The notes under the pieces: generated by a model
What the model was told of the DNA's origin: nothing
Seen by the model: the letters and a program-made list of their open reading frames with translations, nothing else
Databases searched by the model: none
Position numbers and translations under genes: made by a program
NCBI GenBank assembly: GCA_051313645.2
Contig: JBNRSN020000029.1
Span: 20,212,001 to 20,276,000, forward strand
Source: Centroscyllium fabricii
Lineage: Eukaryota
Length of the DNA: 64,000 nt
Direction of reading: 5' to 3'
In this document: one piece after another, positions 13,050 to 25,294 of the stretch
How positions within the stretch are numbered: position 1 is the first letter of the stretch
How the letters are laid out: each line of letters begins with the position of its first letter

Positions 13050-13629
13050 CAATCATCACCCTAGCATGAACAGGAGGAATTAATAACCAACACAGTGAGT
13101 GTACAGGGAGAGGCTGTCTTTGGAATTGCTACAGGAGGAGCAGTCTGTGAGGAGGCTGCAGTTCAGACACTCAGACTGATATGGCGCATTCAGCACACTG
13201 TGTACGGGATCTGCAAGGATATCGGGCGACAAGGGCTAGCGGCGTAAACCGTGGGGAATAGCACCTTACTGCAGGAAAAATGATGAGGCTCAGAAGAGAT
13301 TGAACCGTGCACACATGTCCACACAGCAAGTGGTGGAGAGGCAAATCTAGCTGCTGTAGTCACGCTTGCGTTACCTGGACAGTTATGGGGAGATTTTGCA
13401 GTACAATCCTCTCAAAGTGTCAATGATTATGCTGGCCTGTTGCGTTTCGAACAACTTTGTCTTGCGAGGAGGAATGACCTTCAAACCTGGAGACGAGCAC
13501 TCTGCTGGAATGGATGACATGGATGATGACAATGTGACTGTGGCCTGTCCTGATACGGAGAAGCCAAGTGCTGCTAAAAGCAAAGCTGCCAGGGAAATAT
13601 TAGTGGGCAAGACATTCACGAGGTGGTGA
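13050..13629 (+). pseudogene. Harbinger transposase remnant (internally deleted)
   Basis: EAQKRLNRAHMSTQQVVERQI..RLRYLDSYGEILQYNPLKVSMIMLACCVSNN followed by an acidic tail, matching the HARBI1 C-terminal region. Confidence 0.75.
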
Positions 13630-13674
13630 TAGTGTCGCCTTGCGCATCCCGTCCCCCAGCAAGGCACAGAAAGG

Positions 13675-16600
13675 AAACATAGAAAAGAAGAAAAGAAGAG
13701 CAGGAGTAGGTAATTCGGCACAGCCAATATGTTAATGGCTGATCGTCTAACGCAATAGGATATTCCCGCTCTGTCCGAATACGCATTGATGTTTTTTGTG
13801 TCTAGAAATATATGTATCTTCTTAAATATATGCAGTGACTTGACCTCCACAGCGTTCTCTGGTAGAGAATTCCACAGTTTCACCACCCTCTGTGAAGACT
13901 TGTCTCTTCATCACAGTTCTAAATGTCCTACCCTGTATTCTGAGACTGTGACCAATCGTTATAGAAGCCTCGGATAGTGAAACGTCCCCTCTGCCTGCGT
14001 CCAGCCTGTCTAGCCCTATCAGAATTGTATACGTTTCAATGTGATACGCTCTCATTCTTCTAAAGACTTTGTAATACAAGCCTAGGCAATTCAATCGCTC
14101 CTCATAGGACTGTCATGCCATCTTTGGAATCGGTCTGGTGAAACGTCGCTGCACTCCCTCTCTGGCAAGTATATCCTTTCTTAGTTGAGGAGATAAATCT
14201 GTACTCGAGGTCTAGTCTCATCAAGACCCTGTATAACTGTATGAGTCACTCTTGCTCCTTGACTCATATCATCTTGCAATGAAGACTAACAAAAAAGTTG
14301 CCTTCCCAATTGCTTTCTGCAGCTTCATAATTGTTTCCAGTGACTGTTGTACATGGACACATCAACATTTCCCTATCTATCACCAGTTAAATAATGCTCC
14401 GCCTTTCTGTTTTTCCTCCCGAAGTGAATAACATTCCATTTATCCACGTTACACTGCATCTGCCATGTATATGCCCATTCACTCTTCTTGTCCAAATCGC
14501 CTTGAGGCCTCTTTGCACTCTCCTCACAACTCACAATCCCACTTAGTTTCATGTCGCCAGCAAACTTCGATAAATTATATTTGGTTCCCTTATATATGGT
14601 GAATAGCTGGGGCCCAAGCACTGATCCGTGCAGTACCCACAAGTGAACACCTGACAACACGAAAAAGACCGAGTTGTTCCTACTCTCTGTTTCCTGTCTG
14701 TTATCAAATGTTGAATTGATGCCTTTATATTACCCACATTTCAATGTTCTTTAAGTGTGCACACTAACCTCTTATGTTGGAGTATATCAAAGGCCTTCTG
14801 AAAATCCAAATATGCCACATCCACTGGTTCTCCCTTATCTATTCTAACAGTTACCTCTGCAAAATAGCTCCAGCAGGTTTGTCAAAGACGATTTCCCGTT
14901 CTGAAAGTTGTGTTTAATTTGTGTAATCCCTTTTATAGCACATCCTTTATAATAGACTCCAGCAATTTCCCTACTACTGATGGTAGTCTGACTGGTCTGT
15001 TGTTCCCTGTTTTTTCTCTGCTTCACTTTATAAATAGTGGGACTACATTTGCCAACCTCCAATCTGCAGGAACTTTTCCAGAATTCATAGAATTTTGAAT
15101 GATGTTAAACAATGCATGCACTATTTCCAAGGCTACAACTTTTGGTAATCTGGGATGCGGATTATCAGGCCCTGGGGATTTATCAGCTTTCAGTCCCATT
15201 AATTTCTACAGCAGTATTTTTTTTACTAATACCAATCTATTTTAATTCCTTCTTCACACTAGAGCCTTAGTTCCTAACATTTCTTGGAAGTTATGTGTCC
15301 TCTTCTGTGAAGACAGTACACAACTATTTGTTTAAATGCTCTGCCATTTCCTTGTTCCACATTATAAATTCCCGCGTTTCTGACTGTAAGTGACCTACGT
15401 TTGTCTTCACTAATCTGTTTTATTTTTATCATCTGCAGAAGCTTTTACAGTTTGCTTTTATGTTTTTGCTTTTATGTTCCTTGCAAGTTTTCCCTCATGC
15501 TTCATTTTTCCCCTCTTAATCAAACAATTTTCCCTTTTCTGATTAACTCCAAACTGCTCCCAATCCTCAGATATGCTACATTTTCAGGCAACTTTATATG
15601 GTTCATCTTTGGATCTAATAGTGTAATTCATTTATTCTGTTAGCCATGGTTTTACCTCTTTTCCTTTTGTGTTTTTGTACCAGAAAGGAATCTATAACTT
15701 GCAGTTCATGCATTTGTTCCTTAAATATTATCCATTGCCTAACCAAAATCGTAGCTTTTAAAGAAGCTTTCCAATCTATCATAGTCAACTCAAACCTCAT
15801 CCTCGATGTTTCCTTTGTTTCGATTTAGGACCTTAGTTATTTACCACCATGGCTTCCGATTGGATTGCTTCACTTTCCGTCTTAATGAAGAATTATATCG
15901 TGGTGTGGCCATTATTTCCTAAAGGAGTGCACACAACAAGGTTATTGATTAACCCTTTCTCACTGAACAGTAACCAATTTAGGATAGCCTGTTCCCTAGT
16001 TAATTCTTCAACGTAGTGTTCCAAAAAAACCATCTTGTAGACACGCGAATAATTCATCCACCACAGTAATATTGCTAATTTGGAGTGACCAGTCGATATT
16101 TTAATTAAAGTCACCCATGATTATTGTAGTCCCCTTGTTACAGCATCTCTAGTTTCCTGGTTGAAGCCATCCGCTACATTAGCACTACTGTAGACCTATC
16201 GTCTACTCCCACCAATCGTTTCTGTCCTTTGCTGATAAGCTCCAATCAGACTGACTCTACATCTTTTTTGGGCCAGAAATTCCAAGTGATTCGACGAGTA
16301 GCACCCGCAGGAATGGAGCCTATGGGTGCAGCAGTGGGCGTGGTCCTAATCGAGGCCTCACGTCCCTGCTCCCTCCGAAGTCCGACTGTGAAGCAGGGGG
16401 CGTTTTTTATTTAAATTAGTGATCTGTGGACGGGGCATCACTCTAACGCACGCACGACGGCAGCGCATATAAAGCGCTCCTAGCGTGGCTGGACTGCCAC
16501 GCAGCCCAGGAACGGGGCGGAGCCAACAGGAAGTTTTGCCCGTTAGAGATCACAGATTATGGTGCGGTGCGATAGGTGTCCACATGGTCCCAGCACCCGC

Positions 16601-16680
16601 ATCAACCTACTGACCCGAATTTCTGGCCCATTGTCTGAGCCAATATCCTTTCCCACTATTGTAATGATTTCATCCTATCT
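13675..16680 (-). mobile_element. CR1 LINE, decayed, ~2.6 kb excluding a MITE
   Basis: GSVLGPQLFTIY, SKFAGDMK, WQMQCNVDK, LWNSLP, REQAILNWLL (endonuclease end); 3' tail at ~13675. Confidence 0.9.
16270..16629. mobile_element. 360-bp Harbinger-type MITE inside CR1
   Basis: Perfect 13-bp TIR GGGCCAGAAATTC / GAATTTCTGGCCC; CR1 sequence resumes on both sides. Confidence 0.85.
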
Positions 16681-17633
16681 CACAATTGTTCTGTTTAAAT
16701 CTTTTACTGACAAAACAACCAAATAAACTGAAAAAGTGAACCTATTTTGCAACATCAAACACTTTTGATGTACGCTTTAAATTTATTCAGACCTTGAATA
16801 GGAATTGTTAGCTAGCTATTTTCTACATTGTAAACAGTTGCAAAGATAATGTTTTGATCAAAATGTAAACTGTTTAAACAACATTTTGTGATTCTTAGTA
16901 CAATAATGCCAATCATGATGTAAATTAGATATTTCTACTTTTTGAACAGTTGTAATGTTGTTAATAAAAAACGTTGAATTGATTTTTAACGTGACTACAG
17001 GTTATACGTATGAAAGAAAATAATTAAATACACTATCAGATAAAAATATAAATTTCAAGATATATAACACTGCACCAACATTTAAATAATAGCAAACATT
17101 GAAGAATTAACAGCTATCCCATATTTTCCTGAGGGTCGAAGGAGGTGATTTGTGCAAAAGGTGGCACCCTGCTGCCTCCTGCGCTTTCACCTTTCCTGTT
17201 ACCGGTGCGCTCTCATGCCAAGTGAATGATCCCTGTGTATCATCGCTTGCCCTCCAGCAGTTGGCTTGTAACACGGCTGCTGGTGCTGAAATGCAACATT
17301 TGCTTCCAAAATAATTGGCGGAGCTGCAGACTCATGGGCCAAAACTGTGAGCAGGCATGGCGTGTTCTATGGGTGTGAATTTAGAATCAGTGGAAACCTC
17401 TCTCTTCAACTGCAATAGCTGATCGAGATACTCGTTCATTTGATTAAGCACCAGAGTAACATTGACGAGTTCTTTACCAAGTGTGTCTATCAAATTGCAT
17501 ATTTTGCTCACCATGACATCAATCCGCTGCCTGACAGAAGCAAGCGAGTCAAGTTTCTTCACAAGAAGAGAAACCCTTCAACGTGTTGCACCTGAGTTTC
17601 AAAACCAGTATTTTGCTAAAAACGTCTTGCTGC

Positions 17634-18248
17634 TGTCATGGGGTGGACTGTCCCTTTAAGTATCTAGAGGTTTTCTTTCTGTTTATTTGGACTGTTCCTT
17701 TAAGTTTCTAAGGGTTTCCTTTCTGTTTATTGGGTTATGGCTTCATTATCAGGCCCTTCACTGGATTGGCTGGCCCCAATTATACAATTTAGCTGGAGCT
17801 GGTTATTAGCTTCCAGTCGACACCTGATCTTTGCCAGTTCGTTAGTTTCTGGTACTGAGAGAGTTCTGTTTGCTAAATTCTGTTACTGGGATATTGTATG
17901 GTGTTCCATTCCAGTCGTTTTTGGATTTCCAGTTTCTGTCTATGTGGATTATTTGCTGTGCTCGGAACAAGGACTCATTCCTTCTGGATTGTGGATTACT
18001 GGGAGTACCTCTACAACTGGATTTGGGCCTTGTTTCTACTACCATCTGAACTTGGGATTGAACTGGTGAACTGCTGTTTACCGGCACTCAGGATTGTTGA
18101 CTCATTTGTTCACTGTTATTGCACTGTGGTTTATGATATCGATATATATATATATATATATAGGTTTTAGTTTTGGGAATAAAGGTGATTTGTGTCTACT
18201 TACGGACTTCCGGTGTTTCTGCATTTGGGCCCTAACCGCTCCCTTACA
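17634..18248 (+). repeat. 5' LTR (615 bp)
   Basis: About 99% identical to 20111-20723 (about 6 substitutions plus one TA unit, counted by eye); AATAAA at ~18178. Confidence 0.95.
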
Positions 18249-18264
18249 GAACTAACTGGCCAAT

Positions 18265-20095
18265 ATGGACTCAGCGGACACACCGGGACGTCTGGCACGC
18301 ATTGAGGAGGCCCTAGCACATCAGGGTCGGGCCTTTGGGGAGTTGTTTTCTAAAATGGAACAGCTAACCTCCGACTGGAGGTCGCTCGCAGCATCGGACC
18401 AGGCAGGGACTTCTTCCACACCTGAACCGGTCTCAACATCAGAATCAGCTTCCATGACTCTCCTACAGAGCATCACACCCGAGCCCCGAGTCGGGGTATC
18501 CCGAGCAGTGTGAGCCTTTTCTCACAAGTTGCTCCATATTGTTTTCGTTGCAGCCCCACCCCTTTGCCAATGAGAGGACAAGAGTAGCTTTCGTAATTAA
18601 TCACCTCACGGATAGAGCCCGGCTTTGGGGAACCGCCGAGTGGGAGAGAAATAATCAGGCTTGTTTTTCTTTCGAGGCGTTCTCCACTGAATTGAGAAGG
18701 GTGTTTGGCAGGGTGAGATTCGACTCTGAAGCAGCCCAGGGACTCATGAGTCTAAGCCAGGGAAATGATACGGTGGCTGATTACGCTATTAATTTTCGAA
18801 TCAGGGCTCGTTGGAGCGATTGGAATCAGGCCGCTTTACGGGAGGTGTTTATTCATGGTCTGTCCGAATAAATCAAGGATGACCTGGTCTCCTACGACCT
18901 TCCCTCCACCTTAGATGAACTCATTTATCTTACCACCCGGATCGATCTTCGCATCCAGGCGCGTCGACGTGAGAGACGTCTGGGAACGTCTGGTCGACAT
19001 CCTCCGAGCCGGACTCCAGATGTATTCATGACACCCAGGGAGACTGCGATAGCAAGGTCTGAGCGAGTGGGCCCCGAACCAATGCAATGGGGTCGCACTC
19101 AAGGAAGATTCGGGACACCCAGAGATACTGTTACAGCAGGGGCGGAGCCAGGGGGTCCAGAGCCTATGCAGCTGGGCCGCACCGGTTTTCGGGTGGCGAG
19201 GCATAAGGGACCGCACTCACCAATCAATGGAGTCGTAATGGTGAGCCGAACTCCTGATGGACTCTCTTCCAACCCACGACCCTTGTGTCAAGCAAAATTT
19301 CTTCTCCCCATGGGATCCCAGAATCTCATCATCTGTATTGACTCTGGAGCGGACATTAATATCATGGATGAGGATTTGGTCACGCAACTGGAGATTGACC
19401 AGGAGCCACTGCCACAGCCGTTTCCTGTCCACGCACTGGATGGCCATCTCTTGGGAACAGTGACACACCTGACCTCACCTGTTCTGATGCTTATGTCTGG
19501 TGATCATCAGGAGAGTATTCAATTCCACATCTTGCGATCACCACAGATTCCGTTAATTCTGGGACACGCTTGGCTTCGCCGCCACAACCCGCACATTAAT
19601 TGGGACACAGGAGATATTTCGGGCTGGAGCCTTTTCTGTCACCAGGCCTGTCTGAGACGGGCTCAGACTTCGGTGCTTCGCGCGACGGATCGAGACCCGC
19701 CTGCTGCCAACCATAGTCATTCTGGGTCTCCTGAGAAACAGGTTGGGCAGAGGGGGTATGGTCCAGCGGAGAGGCTCTCGTTTCCTACTCACGATATAAG
19801 GGATATGCAGCCTATTAACGACTCTCAATTGAGCCACCCCGACCAGCCAGACAAGGAGACTTCGACTTTTGAGGGGCCTAGGCAAGTCATCGGATCCATA
19901 CAGTTACAGGAGAGCCTGACCAAGGAGGAGGAACCTGATGATGAGTGGGAGTCTGCTGACGAAGAGGATTCTTTTCAGTCAGATTATGAGACGGACATAG
20001 AGGAGTGCTTCGAGGACTATTGGTTCCCCTCCACACTTCTTTACCCGTATGATCCGGCATTTGAGGCTTTGGGACGTCAGGAGTCGCCCCCTTGA
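18265..20095 (+). pseudogene. Gag (PEG10/RTL-like capsid)-aspartic protease-acidic tail polyprotein, with one frameshift and one stop
   Basis: RVAFVINHLTDRARLWGTAEW, LSQGNDTVADYAINFR, EPMQLG, protease IDSGAD..ILGHAWL; frameshift at ~18497, TAA at 18869-18871; 18539-20095 is one frame; no RT, RNase H or integrase. Confidence 0.9.
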
Positions 20096-20110
20096 GGGGG
20101 GGGGGGGTTC

Positions 20111-20723
20111 TGTCATGGGGTGGACTGTCCCTTTAAGTATCTAGAGGTTTTCTTTCTGTTTATTTGGACTGTTCCTTTAAGTTTCTAAGGGTTTCCTTTC
20201 TGTTTTTTGGGTTATGGCTTCATTATCAGGCCCTTCACTGGATTGGCTGGCCCCAATTATACAATTTAGCTGGAGCTGGTTATTAGCTTCCAGTCGACAC
20301 CTGATCTTTGCCAGTTCGTTAGTTTCTGGTACTGAGAGAGTTCTGTTTGCTAAATTCTGTTACTGGGATATTGTATGGTGTTCTATTCCAGTCGTTTTTG
20401 GATTTCCAGTTTCTGTCTATGTGGATTATTTGCTGTGCTCGGAACAAGGACTCATTCCTTTTGGATTGTGGATTACTGGGAGTACCTCTACAACTGGATT
20501 TGGGCCTTGTTTCTACTACCATCTGAAATTGTGATTGAACTGGTGAACTGCTGTTTACCGGCACTCGGGATTGTTGACTCATTTGTTCACTGTTATTGCA
20601 CTGTGGTTTATGATATCGATATATATATATATATATAGGTTTTAGTTTTGGGAATAAAGGTGATTTGTGTCTACTTACGGACTTCCGGTGTTTCTGCATT
20701 TGGGCCCTAACCGCTCCCTTACA
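20111..20723 (+). repeat. 3' LTR (613 bp)
   Basis: Direct repeat of 17634-18248. Confidence 0.95.
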
Positions 20724-21656
20724 GCTGCTGCTCGCACCTGCTCTGCAGTACCAGGTTGGTGTCTGGCTGGGCTGTGGAACGACAGTCACCAATGCCTGTT
20801 ACAGGGCAGAGGTGCCAGGAGATAGAGAGATGGTGTGCAACCACAGAGGGTCAATAAACTGCCCTTCCACTAGGTTACCACTGCAAATTCATCCACCTGC
20901 GCCTCACTTTCTGTTCGCACTGCATCTTTAACACCTTCCACAATGCACTCTGCAGCCGCAGACTCAACGCACTGTTCCTTTCATGTGTGAGAATGCAGTT
21001 GTCCAAGTATTGGAAGGAAAAAGTAAATATTTACAAAGGTGAAGCACGGTCCCATAGTTCCGCAGGTGCTTCACCTCCAGCTCATAAAGGAGTGTGTTGA
21101 TGTCATCATCAGTGAAATTCAAAGCTCTCTTCAACATCGCAAGTGTGCTTGATCATTTCATTTAAATTTGTTGTTTAACTATAAGTAATGCAAATAATTT
21201 CAATGCTTTTAAAAGTATTGAAATCTCTTTCAAAGTATTGAGAACTATTACAATGTCTTCAAATTCATTTAAATGTCTATAACATGTATGACAACTTTAC
21301 AAAGTGTTTTTAACGTTATAAAGACTTATAATACCATTGCGATTAGCAGCTCCTTTCAATAGTGAAGGCTCTGGTGTGGTTAAAAAATCGGGGGCGTGGC
21401 CTATGCAAATATAAATGTTGACTCGTCTTGTGGGCGGGTCCACACTACAAAGGAAACTCGAGAGTCCGCGCTCGCTGCGCTCCTGCCCGGGGTTACTCAA
21501 GCTGAAAGCGTAATTCACCGTGGGCGCAGCGACTGCAGCTGGGAGCCGATCTTTATTGCTGGTCGGAGGCTTCGGTCAGTGGAAAGCCTCCGATCGCAAT
21601 TACAGGGCCATCCTATACAATGAGGATGATAGTAACATTCTTCAGTAGAATACTGA

Positions 21657-23340
21657 AGGGAGAATTCACGTGTTAGCGTCACACGTTAGCCCCACGAGGT
21701 GGTGCACAAATGCCATTCAGAGTGCTACCACCATCTGATAGCATTTCCAAAGCCACATGCCAAATCCGCCTTGCCGGTCGCACTGCCTGTAAACTCGATC
21801 TCCAGGGACATCACAATCACAGAGATGATTAAGTCAGTGAGAGCGCAACGCTCCCTTGACACCCGATATCTCAGCTTAGTTTTGGCAATTGAATTTACCG
21901 ACTGCAGAAAGCAATGGCAGGTTGAGGTGGTGTGCAGCAGCAGGAAACCGGCTCCAGCGACACTATTTAAAGGGTTCATCAACACTCACAAGCATCCGCA
22001 AAAGTTTTGTAATTTGAGTGGCTATGTGCTAATGCCAGCCACTGCAAGAGCTTTATTTAGACATTTCAAGGTTATTTGGTGTCGGGGAGTCTTCTGACTA
22101 GCGCAACTCACCCTCATTATTTTGAAACACTTCAAACTACAACACTTACGAAAACTTACAGGGGCTTTACTGGCAGTCGACTGCGCACTTCAGAATCTAT
22201 ATCGGAAGGAGCAAAGTCAGGGAGAAAGTTGGAATAATGTGCACAGATGGAGGTAGAGCGCCATCAGAGCTCTCAATAGGAACCCTTAACCTCCTAGCGT
22301 CTTCTGATAACAATTTAAATAACTTGTATAGGAGGCAACTGCTTCACCAAGGAGCTGGTCACAGATGTCTGCCAACTCCTTCAACGTGATTTCGAGCCTC
22401 AGATCAGGAGAACCACGGCTCTTCCAGTGGCAAGATCAACGTGACAGTCAATTTCTTCGCCAGCAGATCCTTCCAATCTGCAACGGGAGAATGGATTACA
22501 TTGGTTTCACGATCAGCAGAGAGAAACAGGACGAGTTTGCCAGGACAGCTGACTTCCCGAATGTACAGGATGCCATTTACTGCCACAATGTGGCGTTTTG
22601 GGCAATGCATGATGCTGAGATCATCTTTGACTACAGAGGCTACCAATCACATAATGTGCGACCACACACAGCGAATCGTCAATGCCAAATCCTGCTAACC
22701 CAGCACCAGCCACGTTGCCTTCATGCTGGGCCCGCACTCTTCCAGCCACCAGGTCCAGCTCACAGCTGGCAGCTCGGTGACAAGGGCTATCCACTTTGCA
22801 CCTGGCTCATGTCTCCCCTCCAAAAAACCAACGCGCGTGCCCCATACTCATATAACGAGAATCATGCTGCCACCAGGAACATCATCGAGCAGACCTACTG
22901 ACGCAACTGTACTGTTGCACTAACCGCTCGGGTGCAGCACTCCGGTACTCGCCGGAGTTGGTGCCCCATTTCCTGGTGGTCTGCTACATACTCTACAACC
23001 AACAGGGATTTTGGGACAACCTCCGGAGGATGACGTGGCAGAGCAGGTAAAAATGAGGAGGAGTTCGAAGAAGATGAGTAACAGGAGGGAGTGTGGATGC
23101 AGAGCGACAATCGGCCTTCCGTATGGGTTGTCGATGATAGGCTCATCAAATGAAAAAAATCGCCAAATCCCCGGAGCTCATCAAATCCTGATCATACAAT
23201 CTCTGTCACCTGCCATATCAAAGCGTCCTCCTGGGCACAAATGTGACATGAGAGACACAACAATATATTCCAAACACAATAAATAAATGTATTTAGAACA
23301 TACCTCATATATCTTACATTCCAAATTAATTCTAAAAATC
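21657..23340 (+). mobile_element. Third Harbinger element, truncated; transposase pseudogene at ~22150-23150
   Basis: FARTADFPNVQDAIYC..RGYQSHNV..LGDKGYPLCTWLMSPL..YNENHAATRNIIEQT; boundaries approximate. Confidence 0.8.
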
Positions 23341-23419
23341 AACGAAACGAACTACGAAATTAAATTATCACGGGACAATGCACAAAATGGTTAAATATTT
23401 TACAGGAACATCAATAAGA

Positions 23420-25285
23420 ATGTTAGGTCGTGCTGGGCATCGTGCCACTAGGGGTTGGATAGGCTAATGCCACAGACAAATTTGGAGAGATGCCCGACAT
23501 ATTAAAAGGAGTATTTTGCTACAGGATTTAACAGAGAGATAGAACAAGTGGACACGACATCGGATGATAAGATTTGGAATGAGATAACTGCATTAGAAAT
23601 AAAAATATATTTTAAATCAACCACACAAACTGAAAGAGAAAAAAAGCCCTGATCTGTATGGATTACATTTTCGTATTCTTAACTATTCTGGTGAATAGAT
23701 AGTAGAGCCATTGCTATACATGTTTAATAACACATTAGCAAAGGTGTAGTTCCAAAGAACTGGGTGTTAGCTAACACAATACAATATATTTAAGAAGGGA
23801 GATCGAAAATATCCAGGGAACTATAGACCAAGCAGCTTAACGTCAGTGGTAGGAAGAATGATGGATTTACTGCGAAAGGAAACAACAGAAAAAATATGTA
23901 TGAACCAAAATAAATTCAGGAATAGTCAGCCTGGATTTCAAAAGGAAAATTCTTCCTCAATCAACTTCAGTGAATTTGTTGATTAGTAAACAGAGAGAGC
24001 CGATTGCGGTAATGCAGTAGATATAATTTATCTAGGTTTTCAAAGGTCTTCGATAAGTTACTACATTAGAGAGGAATGGCCACGTCAGAAAATGCGAAGT
24101 CATTGGGCAAGTAGCAGAATGTAAAGCTAAGAAATAATGAGAGGAACTATGAAATTAAATTGACGAAAGGTCATCTACCTGAAACGTTAGCTCTGTTTCT
24201 CTCTTCAAAGATGCTGCCTGACCTGCTGAGTGTCTTCAGCATTTTTTTTTAAATTGTAGAATGGAAAGCTAGCTTGCTTCAAAACAGAAGGCAGACAGTA
24301 CGGGTAAATGGGAGCTATTCAAAGTGGCAGAAGGTGAGTAGTGGTGCTCCACAAGGATCAGTGCTGGGACCAAAGTTGCTCACAATTTATATAACGATTT
24401 AGGATTTTGAACCAAAAGCACAATTTCTAAATTTGCGGATGGCACCACATTGGCGGGTTGGGTGTGCGGGTGGGGATTGAATACTGAGGACCATATTACA
24501 GGAGGACATTAATGAATTTTCAGAAGGTGCATAAAATTGGCAAAATTATTTCAACACAGATAAATGTGAGGTATTACATTTTGGTAGGACGAATAAAGAT
24601 ATCACTTATTACGTGTGTTGTGCGAGTCTGGGTGGGCTAGTTAAACAAACGTGTCTGGGAGTACAAATACGCAATTCACTAAAAGTAGAAATAAACGTTA
24701 TTAAGTCCATAAAAAAGAAAAGCAAGCACAAGATTTTATTTCCAGAGGAGAATAATTGAAATGTAGTGAAGCTTTGCTGAATTTATATCGAATCTTGGTT
24801 CGACCACACTTGGAGAAAAGCATACAATTCTGATCGCCATGTTATAGAGAAGGATAGAGAAGGACCGGCGAGGCAGCAGAGATGATTTCCAAGGATTGCA
24901 TCACAAATGCGACGGTACATCTAACAGGAAAGAATGAAAAGGCTGCGTCTAATTTCTCTTGGAAAAAAATAAGGCTGAAGGGTGAACTAACAGAGTTTTT
25001 TTAAATTAGGAAAGAATTTGAAAGAGTAGATGCATGAACATTATTCCACTTGTGGTGAAGAGCACAAATAGAGGCCATCAATATAAGGTAGTCACAAAGA
25101 AATCGAATAGGGAATTCAGAAGAAATGTATTTACTCAGAGAGTCGTAAGCATGTTGAAGTCGCTACCACAGGGATTCGTTGAAGTGAATAGTACAGATGC
25201 ATTTAATGGGAGGCTGGACAAGCATATGAGGGAGAAAGGAACAGCGGGTTATGTTTATAGATTTAGATGAGGAATGATGGAAGGC
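23420..25285 (+). mobile_element. CR1 LINE, decayed
   Basis: PGNYRP.SLTSVVG, SGAPQGSVLGP, SKFADGT, RGHQYKV..FRRNVFTQRVV; similar to the copy at 240-1230. Confidence 0.9.
24160..24250 (+). mobile_element. Penelope-like element terminal fragment with a degraded hammerhead motif, inside CR1
   Basis: TGACGA-AAGGT CATCT ACCT-GAAACGTT followed by GATGCTGCCTGACCTGCTGAGT..CAGCATTTT. Confidence 0.6.
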
Positions 25286-25294
25286 GGCTCGAGT

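Larger units (their letters stand above)
17634..20723 (+). mobile_element. Sushi-like (Ty3/Gypsy) non-autonomous LTR retrotransposon, gag+protease only
   Basis: TG..CA LTRs, 5-bp TSD GCTGC (17629-17633, 20724-20728), G-run PPT at ~20094-20107, self-priming-type PBS GAACTAACTGGCC at 18249. Confidence 0.95.
17100..21137 (-). pseudogene. Harbinger Myb/SANT-like gene remnant split by an LTR element
   Basis: ATG 21137 gives MLKRALNFTDDDINTLLYELEVKHLR (Myb_DNA-bind_5 start); coiled-coil C-terminus MKKLDSLASVRQRIDVMVSKI.. at 17332-17562. Confidence 0.55.
12787..21609. mobile_element. Second Harbinger transposon, interrupted by CR1, MITE and LTR insertions (inferred extent)
   Basis: Nuclease remnant (+) at ~13050-13629 converges on Myb remnant (-) at ~17100-21137; degenerate termini GGGTCGTGATATTC / GCAATTACAGGGCC. 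Confidence 0.5.

Noticed and set aside
17737-18069. Duplicated 110-aa/106-aa ORFs (also 20214-20534)
   Set aside because: They lie within the two LTRs, which explains the duplication, and show no coding signature.
18265-20095. Domesticated PEG10/RTL-like host gene
   Set aside because: It is flanked by near-identical LTRs and a TSD and carries a frameshift and a stop.
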